NCBI GenBank assembly: GCA_903910645.1
Contig: CAIWAD010000124.1
Coordinates: forward strand, 16,445 to 80,444
Direction: 5' to 3'
Length of the DNA: 64,000 nt
Origin: an uncultured bacterium
Lineage (GTDB): Bacteria; CAIWAD01
The translations under genes and the position numbers were made by a program. This document shows, piece after piece, positions 8,162 to 18,143 of this stretch. Position 1 is the stretch's first letter; each line of letters starts with the position of its first letter. The notes under the pieces were generated by a model. That model ran no database searches. It was not told where the DNA came from and saw nothing but the letters and a program-made list of their open reading frames with translations.

Positions 8162-11100
8162 TCACAAGCCTGTGCCGACGGCGGTGACCACGAAGCATGC
8201 GCCCGGGCCCGCCACCGGCAGAGAATGACTGGTTCCGCCCGTTTCCGCCAGGGGGGCGCCGGAGGGCGCGTCCCAGGGATGGGCCAATTGATGGATGCGA
8301 TAGGAAATGGCTCCCGGCACCACCGCCCAGCTGAGAAGCACGGTTCCATCGGGCTGCACCGATGCGCTCAGCACCGGCGCGGCGGGCGCCACCGCCACGG
8401 GATTGTTGGGCGCCACGCCCATGAGCGGCATGGGTCCGGCCAGGGGTGGCTGGGCGAAGGTCCACCAGCTGTTCAGCGTGACATTGGTGCCCACGGGATT
8501 GGCCTGGGGCCAGGCCACCACCGTTACCTGGTTGTTCTCCTGGGTGAAGTGGGCGCACAACGCCAGGCCCACGGGGTTGCCCAATTCGCTCCAGGGGATG
8601 CGCAGCTCCGTCAGCGTGTTGCCCGTCCAGCCCTCGTAACTGAGGCCCGTGTGGGTGCCGAACTGGCGGTAGGTCCAGGCGCCGGCACTCCATCGGTTGA
8701 TCTGCATGCTGTTGCCGCCGCCCTCCACCGCCACGCAGTATTCGGGGCGATGGGCCGTGGTGTAGCCCACACGGCTCCATGAGTCACGCGTGGCGCCGCT
8801 TCCCGCCACCAGATCCGTGTCGATGCCAAGAAAGAAATCCCCCAGGGAAAGGGCGCGACCGTGCCAGCCCACATAGAGTGCCTGGCTGTCCCAGGTAAGG
8901 AAAAGGCTGTCGCTGCGGGATTCCATCAGCTCCGTGGAAGGGATGAAGTCCCAGGTGCCATCCACCAGCACGCTGTGGGGCGTTGTGCCGTTGGGCACAG
9001 TGAACGCCGCCGTGTCGGCGGCGGGATCCACCAGATTCCCGGCCACATCCCGCACACCCACGGCGCGCAGGGAGCCGGACATGCCGCCGCTCAAGCCCGA
9101 CAGCCTTAGATAGACCCGCCGCGTGTAGGCCTGGCGCTCCGCTGACAGAAGGGTGACACCGCCCGGGAAGCCGCTCAGTTGCCAGCTGCCGGCAAGTTCC
9201 GCGCTGACTTCGTCCACGGCCTCATTGAAATCCACCACGGCAATGTTCGGGGCAATGAAGGCCGCCGTGCCCACCACCTGGGGGCCCTTCACATCCAGGT
9301 CCGTGGCAGCCAGGTCAAGAAGCTCGGGCACTTGTCCCTGTGCGTTGGGAGCCGTGCTGCGTCCGGCATAGAAGAGATAGCGGAAACGCCCGTCGCCGCG
9401 AATTTCGTCACCCTTCACCAGGGTGCCCTGGAAGTCCGAGGAATGCAGGGCGCCACCGTTGCCCAACACCAGCGCGGCCGTCCAGCCGGTGGTGGTGTTG
9501 CGCTGGCCCATCCAGTCGCTCTGGGGCCAGGATGCCCCGGGATCCCACAAGCGCGTGGTGCGGGCATTCCACAAAAGATCCAGGTAGTCCGGCGTGAAGC
9601 CGTGTTTCACCCAGGTCTCCGACGGCGTGTCGTAATCGCAGGTGATCCAGGGCTGGCCGGCTTGCACCGTGAAGCTCTTCACCAGCCCGCCACTGTGGAC
9701 AAGGCGCACCCGGGCGAATCCCGCGCCCAGGCTGTCAACGGTCATGGCGTAGGGATCATTCTCCGTGAGGGGGCTTACATCGCTGAAGGCCGCCACATGA
9801 TTGTTGGAGGAGCCATCGTTGAAATCACCCTCCGTGTCAACCCAGTAGGCGCTGCAGGAGCCCACCAGGCTGACGGCGTCGGTGCTGTCCTTGGCGAAGA
9901 TCCACGGGGCGCGGCCGCCGTTGGACTCGAAGACCGCCAGCACGCGATCACTGAAGAGCACCATCTCCTCCACGCCGTCGGCGTCCACATCCGCCGCCTG
10001 GGCGCCGGTGCCCTGCCAGGCCTGGCCGCCTTGCCAGCGCCCCGCCTCGGCGTAGACGCGGGCGTTCTTGATGTGCGAGGCATAGCGATGGATCCAGCCA
10101 CTCACCTCGCTGCCATCATGCCATCCGGTTTCGTAGAGATTGGTCATGAGCACATACCAGGCCAGGGTGGACAGATCGTTGTCCGGGCTGCCCATCACCC
10201 AGTTCCAGCTTTGATCCCAGCTTTGGCCGTAATTCCACTGGGGGCTGTGCAGGTCGCTGTGGCTGGGGCTTCCGGCGAAATGCCCATACCAGCTGTTGCG
10301 CGTGCCCGGGCTGAGCCAGTCCGAACCATAACCACCCCGCCCGCCCAACAGGCCGTAAGTGCCGTTCTGCAGGTTGATGGCGCCGCCGCCAAATCCGCCC
10401 AGGGCGTTGTCCAGCTTCATGGACTCCACGCTCCCCGCGGCGCCGGCGATTTGCTGCACCAGCCAGATCATGTTGTTCAACGCACTGGGGAACTGGTCCC
10501 CGAAACCCGCCACCTCCGCCACCACTTCCCAGTCCGTGCCGTAGACCAGCAGTTCATCGGCGCTGGAATCCAGGATCATGTTCCAGGCACTGCCCGCGTC
10601 CCAATGGCAGGCACCGGTGAAGGAGCCGTTGATGGGAATGACCTGCAGATCGCCCTGGCCGGGCACATTGATGGTGTAGATGTGGCGGTCGTTGGCCCAG
10701 TTGTTCTGGTAGTCGCAGTGCTCCTCCTGGTCCAGCAGCACGCCCCACACGCCGTGCGGCAGCCAGTCATCGCCAATCCAGTCCACCACATGGGGCGAAG
10801 TGTCCCAGGCGTTGCCGTCGTTGTCCGTGGGGCTTACCCACACACGCTCCGGCACCCAGGCCACATGGGGCGTGTAGCCGTAGCGCCAGGCGGTCATCTG
10901 CGCGTGGGTGTGCACGGACCAATCGTTCATGCTGTCCTGCACGAAGGGCATGATGTGCTGGGCGTAGGCGCTGGTGAGCATGCCGGCCCACCCCTCGGAC
11001 ACGCCGCGTGTGAGCCAGGCGTTCCAACCTTCCACCGCGCCGGTGGGGTAGTACCACTCCGCCGCCGTTTGCAGGGGGCCGGACACATGGAAGTTGGCGG

Positions 11101-11836
11101 GCACATTGAGCACATCGTGCAGGCCCAGGATCTCGTCGAAGCCGTTGTGGGCGCTGCCGGTGTTCAGGTAGTCCATGAAGTGCTGGCCGTGGGCGGAGGC
11201 TTCGTCCCCCCACAGCACATCCGTCCAGGTAAGGCCCTGGTTGCCGTGGTGCACAAAAGCCACATGGTGGTTGACCCGTTCGCCATCGCGGCTGGCCACA
11301 TCGTCCACCGCGGGACTGGTCACGGTGCCCTCATGCGTGCTTAGACGCAAGGGAGCCTCCACACCCAGCAGGGCCGTCCATTCAACCCAATCCGCCGGCA
11401 GCCACAGCTCCATCACGGTGGCGCCAAGGGCCCGGCGCAGATCCGGCCGCGCCTTCTCCACCGTTCGCCACTGGCCCTGTTCCAGGACCTGGCGCTCCAG
11501 ACGCTCGTCGCCATTCAACACCAGACGCGCCGCCTTGGCCCCGTCCTGCGCCTCCACCACCAGCAGGGACTTGTCCTGCCAAGCATCGCGGGTGCCCACG
11601 CGCAGCACGGCCTGACCGTCCAGCACGCCAGCGCAGGCCAGGCTCAAGTCCAGGTCCTGACGCTGCAACCCATCAACTGCGTCCAGACCCACCATGCGCA
11701 GGCCGGGCGTGAAGCCTGGAGCATTGCCCAAGGGGGCTGCATATCCACCACCAGCAAGCATACACGGAAGCAGTATGCCCAAAATCAGCTTTGCGCCTGG
11801 GTGAAAATGAATGGGGGGATGGACTGGCCGCGGCAT
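8162..11836 (-). CDS. Large secreted carbohydrate-active enzyme, GH57-like (alpha-glucan hydrolase/amylopullulanase-like) with FN3-like C-terminus
   Basis: ORF 8162..11878; the likely start is the internal Met before the hydrophobic signal AKLILGILLPCMLAGG. HVAFVHHGNQGL resembles GH57 region I. WVPERVW resembles GH57 region III, which carries the Glu nucleophile. Adjacent to a CBM20-repeat gene. Family assignment is tentative. Confidence 0.4.
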   Translation of the reverse strand: MPRPVHPPIHFHPGAKLILGILLPCMLAGGGYAAPLGNAPGFTPGLRMVGLDAVDGLQRQDLDLSLACAGVLDGQAVLRVGTRDAWQDKSLLVVEAQDGAKAARLVLNGDERLERQVLEQGQWRTVEKARPDLRRALGATVMELWLPADWVEWTALLGVEAPLRLSTHEGTVTSPAVDDVASRDGERVNHHVAFVHHGNQGLTWTDVLWGDEASAHGQHFMDYLNTGSAHNGFDEILGLHDVLNVPANFHVSGPLQTAAEWYYPTGAVEGWNAWLTRGVSEGWAGMLTSAYAQHIMPFVQDSMNDWSVHTHAQMTAWRYGYTPHVAWVPERVWVSPTDNDGNAWDTSPHVVDWIGDDWLPHGVWGVLLDQEEHCDYQNNWANDRHIYTINVPGQGDLQVIPINGSFTGACHWDAGSAWNMILDSSADELLVYGTDWEVVAEVAGFGDQFPSALNNMIWLVQQIAGAAGSVESMKLDNALGGFGGGAINLQNGTYGLLGGRGGYGSDWLSPGTRNSWYGHFAGSPSHSDLHSPQWNYGQSWDQSWNWVMGSPDNDLSTLAWYVLMTNLYETGWHDGSEVSGWIHRYASHIKNARVYAEAGRWQGGQAWQGTGAQAADVDADGVEEMVLFSDRVLAVFESNGGRAPWIFAKDSTDAVSLVGSCSAYWVDTEGDFNDGSSNNHVAAFSDVSPLTENDPYAMTVDSLGAGFARVRLVHSGGLVKSFTVQAGQPWITCDYDTPSETWVKHGFTPDYLDLLWNARTTRLWDPGASWPQSDWMGQRNTTTGWTAALVLGNGGALHSSDFQGTLVKGDEIRGDGRFRYLFYAGRSTAPNAQGQVPELLDLAATDLDVKGPQVVGTAAFIAPNIAVVDFNEAVDEVSAELAGSWQLSGFPGGVTLLSAERQAYTRRVYLRLSGLSGGMSGSLRAVGVRDVAGNLVDPAADTAAFTVPNGTTPHSVLVDGTWDFIPSTELMESRSDSLFLTWDSQALYVGWHGRALSLGDFFLGIDTDLVAGSGATRDSWSRVGYTTAHRPEYCVAVEGGGNSMQINRWSAGAWTYRQFGTHTGLSYEGWTGNTLTELRIPWSELGNPVGLALCAHFTQENNQVTVVAWPQANPVGTNVTLNSWWTFAQPPLAGPMPLMGVAPNNPVAVAPAAPVLSASVQPDGTVLLSWAVVPGAISYRIHQLAHPWDAPSGAPLAETGGTSHSLPVAGPGACFVVTAVGTGL

Positions 11837-12022
11837 GGAAGCCCTTTCATCATCATAGGAACCCGCGAGAGCGAGCAAAAATGACGCCAGAAGGTCGGAC
11901 AGGCTTTCTTATTGATAATCATTGGCTTGGCTTGAAAAATCCACGAAGGGATGGGAATTGCCTTGCTCATAGCGCCGGAAATTGAACAGCATGGGGGAGC
12001 AATCCAAAAGAGGGTTCAGGAG

Positions 12023-13180
12023 TCAGGATCTTTCCATCCACCACAAGCCCAGGCCGGCCACCGCCAACAAGAGGCCACTTGCCAGGAAAGCGCCGGGCAG
12101 ACCCACACCGTTCACCAGGGGAGCTGCCAGGAAGGGTGTGCAGAACTGTCCCAGGAAAATGGAGCTGCTCATCACCGCCACGGCGCGGGCGCGGGCGGCA
12201 TCGGGCACATGGGCGTTCAACCAGGCGGTGAAGTTGGGGCGGGCCAGCCCGAAACCCACGCTGGCCACTGCCAGACCGGCCAGGATGGGCCAGTAGCCCA
12301 GCGTGGTCCACACCAGCGCATAACCCAGTCCCACCAATCCAAAGCTTAGGGCGAACAAGGGTCCCACGGCCAGGCGTCGACGCAGGCGAGCGTACTGCAG
12401 CGACGCCAACCCGGCGAAGAGCGTGGCCCCACTGATGGCCCCCGCGATGGCGCCGGGGGAGTGGACACCCAGCTCGCCCAACAGGAAGGGCGTCTGCACC
12501 GGGGTGTAGTAGAACACCACCATGTGCACGAAAGCCATGGCTCCCATAAGCATCAGAAAGCCGCGCAGGCGCTTGCGGGTGGGGGCGTCCAGGGCTTTGG
12601 CGCGATCCACATGGCGCACCGGTTCCGGCAGCAGCAGGACCGCCGCAAAGGCAAGGGGCAAGGGCAGGAGGTAGACCCAGAAGGGACCGCGCCAGCCCAT
12701 GGCCTCCGCCAGGAAACCTCCCATCAGCTGGAAGGCCACGCCGCCAAAGGACATGAAGGCATTCTGCCAGCCCAGCACGCGGCGGCGCTCCTCGCCGTCC
12801 CAATACTCCAGAACCAGGGTGGTGGCGCTGGTCATGATGAGGCCCACAGCGAAACCCAGCAAGGCGCGGCCAACCAGGAGGCTGCTCAGGCTGCCCGCCC
12901 ACAGGCCCTGGGAACCGGCCAAGGCATAGAGCACCAAGCCTGGCAACAGCACCTTGCGCCGCCCGTGGCGATCCGCCAGCCAGCCAGCCAGCGGCGCCGC
13001 CAATGCCGTGAAAAGGCCTGGCAGGGTGAGAACCAGCTTGACCAGGGTGGGATCGCCGCCGAAGTGTCCACTCATCAAGCCCAGGCCAGGGGCAATGGTG
13101 GCGCCGGCCATGACGGTTAGACTGCTGGAGCAAAGCAGCGTGAGCAGTGCGCCGCGCCGCGTGATGGCCGGAGCCTTCAC
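12023..13180 (-). CDS. MFS transporter
   Basis: 385 aa with 12 predicted hydrophobic helices. GRRKVLLPGLVLYALAG and LLGFAVGL resemble MFS motif A regions. Confidence 0.7.
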   Translation of the reverse strand: MKAPAITRRGALLTLLCSSSLTVMAGATIAPGLGLMSGHFGGDPTLVKLVLTLPGLFTALAAPLAGWLADRHGRRKVLLPGLVLYALAGSQGLWAGSLSSLLVGRALLGFAVGLIMTSATTLVLEYWDGEERRRVLGWQNAFMSFGGVAFQLMGGFLAEAMGWRGPFWVYLLPLPLAFAAVLLLPEPVRHVDRAKALDAPTRKRLRGFLMLMGAMAFVHMVVFYYTPVQTPFLLGELGVHSPGAIAGAISGATLFAGLASLQYARLRRRLAVGPLFALSFGLVGLGYALVWTTLGYWPILAGLAVASVGFGLARPNFTAWLNAHVPDAARARAVAVMSSSIFLGQFCTPFLAAPLVNGVGLPGAFLASGLLLAVAGLGLWWMERS

Positions 13181-13728
13181 TCATCCTCCACAAGGCGTCG
13201 AAGGCGACGCACATGGTGGATTTCCAGGGCCACCAGGGCCCAGAAGAGCAGCATGAGCAGCAGGAAGGCGCGGGTTTCCATTCCAGCGGGCCGCCACCAG
13301 TCCAGCCCCACCGGCAAAGCCAGCACCAGGGGCAACTGGGCCAGGATGTGCCAGAAAGCCTCGCCCGGCAGGCGCACCGGCTTCACGCCTCCCACCTGCA
13401 GGTCGCCGACCTGGCGCAGCTTGCGGGCCCAGGCGCGATTCTCCTGCAGAAGGTGCAGCCAGGCCAGGAGCAGAGCCAGCCAGGGGCTGGTGTGCAGGTT
13501 GAAGAAGCCATCCACCAGGGGATTCACTACCAGCAGGATGATGAGCAGGTACAGGCCCTTCACCCAGAACCGATGCCGCTCGCGCTCCAGTTGCTGGTTC
13601 AGGGCTTCATCCACCACGCACCATTCATGGCGATGAAGGGAGACCAGCCACGCGGCCCTGCCATCGGCGGAGCGGCCCTGCACCCCGGTAACTGCCGTGG
13701 GCAGTCCATCGAAGTGGAAAGGGGCCAC
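13177..13728 (-). CDS. Hypothetical integral membrane protein
   Basis: 183 aa with 3-4 hydrophobic helices. Start and stop overlap the flanking Kup and MFS genes (operon). Amino-acid composition looks protein-like. No recognisable family. Confidence 0.4.
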   Translation of the reverse strand: MAPFHFDGLPTAVTGVQGRSADGRAAWLVSLHRHEWCVVDEALNQQLERERHRFWVKGLYLLIILLVVNPLVDGFFNLHTSPWLALLLAWLHLLQENRAWARKLRQVGDLQVGGVKPVRLPGEAFWHILAQLPLVLALPVGLDWWRPAGMETRAFLLLMLLFWALVALEIHHVRRLRRLVEDE

Positions 13729-15846
13729 CTAGATTTCGTCCTGCATGCCCAACTCCACCACCCGGCCCGTGGGGATGCCGAAGAAGGTGCGTGCGCTGCG
13801 CGCGTTGCGGGACAGGAAGATGTAGAGCATGCGCCGCCACTTGGTCAGGTAGGTGCGCCCGGAATCGATGAGCGTGATGTGCCCCAGGTAATAGCTCACA
13901 TGGTTGAGGTTGATGTGCAGGCCGGGCAGGTTCTTGAGGATGGCGGGCACGCTAACCCCTTCCATGTAGCCGTGGCGCACATCCACCTGGTAGAATCCCA
14001 TGCCCAGTTCCCGCACCGTGGCCTTTTCGTCGAAGGGGATGGTGGGGTGCCGCTCCACCATCACGCTCATCACGATCACCGTCTTGTGCAGGACCTTGGT
14101 GTGCTTCAGGTGGTGAAGCATGATGCGTGGCACGGTGCCGCTGTTCTGGGTCAGGAATACCGCCACCTCGCCCACCCGCGCTATGGGCGTTGAGCTTTCG
14201 GCCATTTCCGCCAGGAACTGCTCCATGGGCATCAGGCTGGCCTGCACGCGGCGGCGCAAGGCAAGGTTGCCGGATTTCCAGGTGGTCATCACGGCAAAGA
14301 GCACGGCGCCCATGGCCAGGGGGAACCAGCCGCCGTGGGCGATTTTGATGATGTTCCCGGCGGTGAAGATGAAGTCAATGGCCAGGAAGGCCCCGCAAAG
14401 GGCCAGCGCGCGCCACAGGGGCCAGTTCCAGCGGGCCAGGGCCACCGCGAAGAAGAGGCAGGTGGTGATGGTCATGGTGCCCATCACGGCGATGCCGTAG
14501 GCCGCCGCCAGATTGGTGCTGCTGCGGAAAATGATCACTGCCGCCAGACAGGCCGCCATGAGCAGGTAATTCACCACGGGCACATAGATCTGGCCACGCA
14601 TGCTGTGGGATGTGTGATGCACCTGAAGGCGGGGCATGTAGCCCAGCTGCATGGCCTGCTGGGCCAGACTGTAGCTGCCGGTGATAAGGGACTGGGAGGC
14701 GATGATGGCCGCGCTGGTGGAGATGAACAGCAGGGGCCAGGTGAACCAGCCGGGACTCAAGGCATAAAAGGGATTGGCCACGCCGGCGGGTTCCGCCAAC
14801 ACCGATGCGCACTGGCCGAAGTAGTTCAACAGCAGGCAGGGCATGACCAGCAAGGTCCACGAGAGTCGGATGGGCAGTCGTCCGAAGTGGCCCATGTCCG
14901 CGTACAGGGCCTCGCCACCTGTGATGCACAGCACCACGCTGCCCAACACCAGCACGCCGTGCCAGCCATAATGCTGGAAGAAGTGAAGGATGTGCAGGGG
15001 ATTCACCGCGCCAAGAATCTCGGGGCTCTGCAGGATTCCCCCCACTCCCAGCACGGCAATGGAGGCGAACCACACCAGCATCATGGGGCCGAAGACCGTG
15101 CCGATGCGGTCCGTGCCGTGGCGCTGCACCAGAAAGAGCGCAACCAGAATGAGGATGGAAACAGGCAACACCAGGGATTTCATGCCGGGCAGGGCCACAT
15201 CCAGGCCCTCCACCGCGCTGAGCACGGTGATGGCCGGGGTGATGACGCCATCCGACAAAAGCAGTGCCGTGCCCGCAATGGCCAAGCCGGAGATGAGAGC
15301 CACCGTGCGCGGCACATCTTTGCGGGACAGGGCGGCGCGGCGCTGGGCCCGACGACTGGCTTCCTGACTCAGTTTCTGGTACTTGGCCCGCAGGTGATCC
15401 GCTTTCTCCTTCTCACCCGCATCCAGCAGGGCTTGCACTTCGGCACTGCGGCGTTCCGCCAGCCGCTTGTCCGCGGCGCGGCGCTCCGCCTCGGCGGGAC
15501 GGCCGGCTTCCACGCGTTCCTTTTCCCGCACCTGATGGGCCGCAATGAGCTTCTGGACGCTGCCCGCGCTTAGGGCCAGGGCCAACAGGCTCATCATGCC
15601 GCCTTCACCCTCGTTGTCCGCCAGCAGGATGAAGCCCAGGTACTTCACCATCACCACAATGACCATGGACCAGAAAACCAGGCTCATGACGCCGAACACG
15701 GTGACGGCGTCCACCTGCAGGTTGTAGTGGGTGCCCAGGGACTCCTTGATGGTGTAAAGGGGCGAAGTGCCAATGTCGCCGAAGACCACGCCCACGGCCG
15801 TGAGGCAAAGTCCCAGCAGACCGCGGTTGGTGATGTGCTTGTCCAT
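13729..15846 (-). CDS. kup: Kup/HAK/KT potassium uptake transporter with ~80-aa charged cytoplasmic insertion
   Basis: GVVFGDIGTSPLYT, ADNEGEGG and GGEALYADMGHFG are hallmark Kup motifs. An E/R/A/K-rich segment (QKLIAAHQVREKERVEAGRPAEAERRAADKRL...SRKDVP) is inserted after ADNEGEGG and before the next TM region. Confidence 0.85.
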   Translation of the reverse strand: MDKHITNRGLLGLCLTAVGVVFGDIGTSPLYTIKESLGTHYNLQVDAVTVFGVMSLVFWSMVIVVMVKYLGFILLADNEGEGGMMSLLALALSAGSVQKLIAAHQVREKERVEAGRPAEAERRAADKRLAERRSAEVQALLDAGEKEKADHLRAKYQKLSQEASRRAQRRAALSRKDVPRTVALISGLAIAGTALLLSDGVITPAITVLSAVEGLDVALPGMKSLVLPVSILILVALFLVQRHGTDRIGTVFGPMMLVWFASIAVLGVGGILQSPEILGAVNPLHILHFFQHYGWHGVLVLGSVVLCITGGEALYADMGHFGRLPIRLSWTLLVMPCLLLNYFGQCASVLAEPAGVANPFYALSPGWFTWPLLFISTSAAIIASQSLITGSYSLAQQAMQLGYMPRLQVHHTSHSMRGQIYVPVVNYLLMAACLAAVIIFRSSTNLAAAYGIAVMGTMTITTCLFFAVALARWNWPLWRALALCGAFLAIDFIFTAGNIIKIAHGGWFPLAMGAVLFAVMTTWKSGNLALRRRVQASLMPMEQFLAEMAESSTPIARVGEVAVFLTQNSGTVPRIMLHHLKHTKVLHKTVIVMSVMVERHPTIPFDEKATVRELGMGFYQVDVRHGYMEGVSVPAILKNLPGLHINLNHVSYYLGHITLIDSGRTYLTKWRRMLYIFLSRNARSARTFFGIPTGRVVELGMQDEI

Positions 15847-16005
15847 GGAGTGGGCGCGCCTACGCCTGGGCCGGGCAGCGCCGGCGGGGGGATGGGATCT
15901 TGGTCACGTGCTTTGCCTGTCCTTCAGCAAGACTGCGCCCGACTTTGGTGAGGAGCCGCCAAAGGTAGTCCCCCCACCGGGTCCCCACAAGGGTCAGCCA
16001 CGGCC

Positions 16006-16420
16006 CTATGCAGACTTCTCCGATGACGGGAGGAAGTTCTTGTAATGTTTCTCCGCGCAGCCCGGGCAGATGCCATGGCTGAACTCCGCCTCTGAGTGCT
16101 CCTTCACATAACTCTCCACCGGACGCCAGGTACCTGCGTCGTCCCGGATCTTGTGGCACACACAGCAGATGGAAAGCAGGCCGCGCAGGGTTTTCAAACG
16201 GTGCACCAGCGTGCGCGTGAAGAACAGCACTACCAATGCGCAGCCAATGACCATGGTGGTTTCAATCAGGCCTTCCACCCAATTGACCGGCGTGGCCTGG
16301 AATCCAAAGAGCTTGTGCGGCAGGTCCAGGACCTCGTCCAGCCACATAATGGCCACTACGGCCAGAAAACCCGCGGCTTCCAGCAAGGCCATGCGTCGCA
16401 ACAGACCTGATTCCCGCATG
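16006..16420 (-). CDS. Small two-TM membrane protein with C-terminal Cys-rich CxxC...HGICPGC zinc-ribbon-like motif
   Basis: The likely start is ATG at 16418-16420 with GGAGG 5 nt upstream (MRESGLL...). Two hydrophobic helices are followed by SICCVCHKIRDDAGTWRPVESYVKEHSEAEFSHGICPGCAEKHYKNF. This is the last gene in the cytochrome operon. Confidence 0.5.
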
Positions 16421-16487
16421 TGAACCTCCGCTGTGCCGCCCTTGAAGCCCCCTTGCGAAGGCAGGGCCTCCCAAGACGGACGCAGGA

Positions 16488-18143
16488 TCAATAAGGTGCC
16501 GAGTCGTGGGCGTGGCCGTGGCACATCAAGGTGCAGTTGCCCTGGCTCAGGGATTGGCGCTCCACTTTCAGCCGGCCATCCAGCGGCTCAATCCAGGGTC
16601 GGTCCAGGCGCAGCAGGCCAGGCTGGTCCGGCGAGCCGTGGGGATCATGGCAGGAGGCGCAGGACAGGGCTCCGCGCCCCGTGTGCAGGTTGTGCCAGCG
16701 CCATCCTTCACCGCTGCTGAAGGAGCTTTCCTGATGGCAGGTGAAGCACAGGGCGTTCTCGCGGTCTTCACCTGTGGCGAAAGGCGAGGGATTGAAAGGC
16801 GCCTTGAGCAGGTGTTCGATGTTGGATCCGTGGGGGCCCTGGGGACCGGCGGGATCGTCGCTGCCATGGCAGTCGGAGCAGGTGATTTGGTCCAGGGCGC
16901 TCCATTCCTTTTTCAGGCTGGGCACCTCCGGATTCAGGCCGGGACCCATCACCGGATGGTAGCTACGGTTGCCCAAATCAAAATCCCGCGCCACATCGCG
17001 CTGGCCGGGAAGCGTGTTGCCCGTGAAGCCGTGGCACTTGAGGCAGATTTCGTATTCGAAGTCCGCCACATCCTTTTTCATGCCCAATCGGCTGATGCCG
17101 CTGACACCCTCCATGCTCCCCGGCATGGTGCGCACGCTGGACTGGCTGGACACAGCGTGGGGATTGTGGCAATCCGTGCAGCGCACGGCGCGGTTTTCAC
17201 GCGATCCCGCCAGGAAGCCCACAAAGCCCGACCCGTCCGGCTCCACGGTGCGGGAACCCGTGTGCACGCTCACCGGGTGGGTGAAGAGCTTGTCGAACTC
17301 CGCCCGCATGTTGTTGGGCGAAGGAATTTCCCTGGGCCCATCCACGCTGGCGTCGTGGCAACGGAAACACAGACTGTTCTCCTCCGCCAGCAGGAGGCGC
17401 GGCTGGGGTGGTGATGCGTGGATGCTGTGGCACTGGGCGCAGCTCAGTTCGCGCATCTCCGCGTAGAGGGGCTCGTCCGGGTTGGCGTGCACACTGTGGG
17501 ACCAGCCCTCCAGTCGGTGGCACTCCTGGCAAATGGCCCCCTGGGCGGACTCCACCTTCAGGAACTTGCCACGCGTGTTGTCGTGGGGGTCGTGGCAAGT
17601 GCTGCAGCGGATGCGCTCCCCGCGCAGGGTCATGCCCGAGGTGGCGCTGTCCGGTTTGGCCAGCTCGTGGTTGCGCGACCAGGTGAAGAGGTGAGTGTTC
17701 ATGTGGGTGGGCGCAATCTGCGCTCGTTCACCCAGATCCGTCTCCCGGCTGATGTGTTCGGCGGGATCCGTGGGAAAGGCCCGGGCCACGCTGCCATCGT
17801 GGCAGGCCAGACACAGTTGGCTGCCCGGATCGGCGGGGAAACCAGGCTCCAGATCATCGAGATGGGCACCCAGGGGGAAGGGCCCGCGGGGCAGGCGCCG
17901 GTCCCACAGGGGAATGAGCTGGTCGTGCACGCGGGGTCCGTGGCACACGCGGCAGAGCTGGCGCTCCATGGTGGTGTCGGAGGGCATCCCGGTGTGCCAG
18001 TGGGTCAGGTTGTGGGGTGAGGCCTGCACGCGGGAGGCTTTCACCTGGTCGGGATCGCTGGCCCCTGCCAGCAGGGCAAAGGCGCCCAGGGAAAGCGCGG
18101 GAAGGACGATCAGGGCCGCCCGGCGGAGCGAGAACATCACCAC
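16488..18143 (-). CDS. Multihaem c-type cytochrome (~12 haem-binding motifs)
   Basis: Signal peptide followed by CRVCH, CLACH, CSTCH, CQECH, CAQCH, CFRCH, CTDCH, CLKCH, CSDCH, CFTCH, CASCH and CTLMCH. The start overlaps the upstream OMP stop (TGATG). Confidence 0.85.
   Translation of the reverse strand: MVMFSLRRAALIVLPALSLGAFALLAGASDPDQVKASRVQASPHNLTHWHTGMPSDTTMERQLCRVCHGPRVHDQLIPLWDRRLPRGPFPLGAHLDDLEPGFPADPGSQLCLACHDGSVARAFPTDPAEHISRETDLGERAQIAPTHMNTHLFTWSRNHELAKPDSATSGMTLRGERIRCSTCHDPHDNTRGKFLKVESAQGAICQECHRLEGWSHSVHANPDEPLYAEMRELSCAQCHSIHASPPQPRLLLAEENSLCFRCHDASVDGPREIPSPNNMRAEFDKLFTHPVSVHTGSRTVEPDGSGFVGFLAGSRENRAVRCTDCHNPHAVSSQSSVRTMPGSMEGVSGISRLGMKKDVADFEYEICLKCHGFTGNTLPGQRDVARDFDLGNRSYHPVMGPGLNPEVPSLKKEWSALDQITCSDCHGSDDPAGPQGPHGSNIEHLLKAPFNPSPFATGEDRENALCFTCHQESSFSSGEGWRWHNLHTGRGALSCASCHDPHGSPDQPGLLRLDRPWIEPLDGRLKVERQSLSQGNCTLMCHGHAHDSAPY

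Noticed and set aside
8145-8782. Overlapping 200-aa ORF pair 8145..8780 (-) and 8153..8782 (+)
   Set aside because: Both lie within the C-terminal region of the large GH57-like gene in other frames. Gly/Arg/Pro-rich translations. Artefacts.
15847-16005. Possible hairpin CTTTGG…CCAAAG between the cytochrome operon's last gene and kup
   Set aside because: A 6-bp stem with an 11-nt loop and no U-tract. Too weak to call a terminator.
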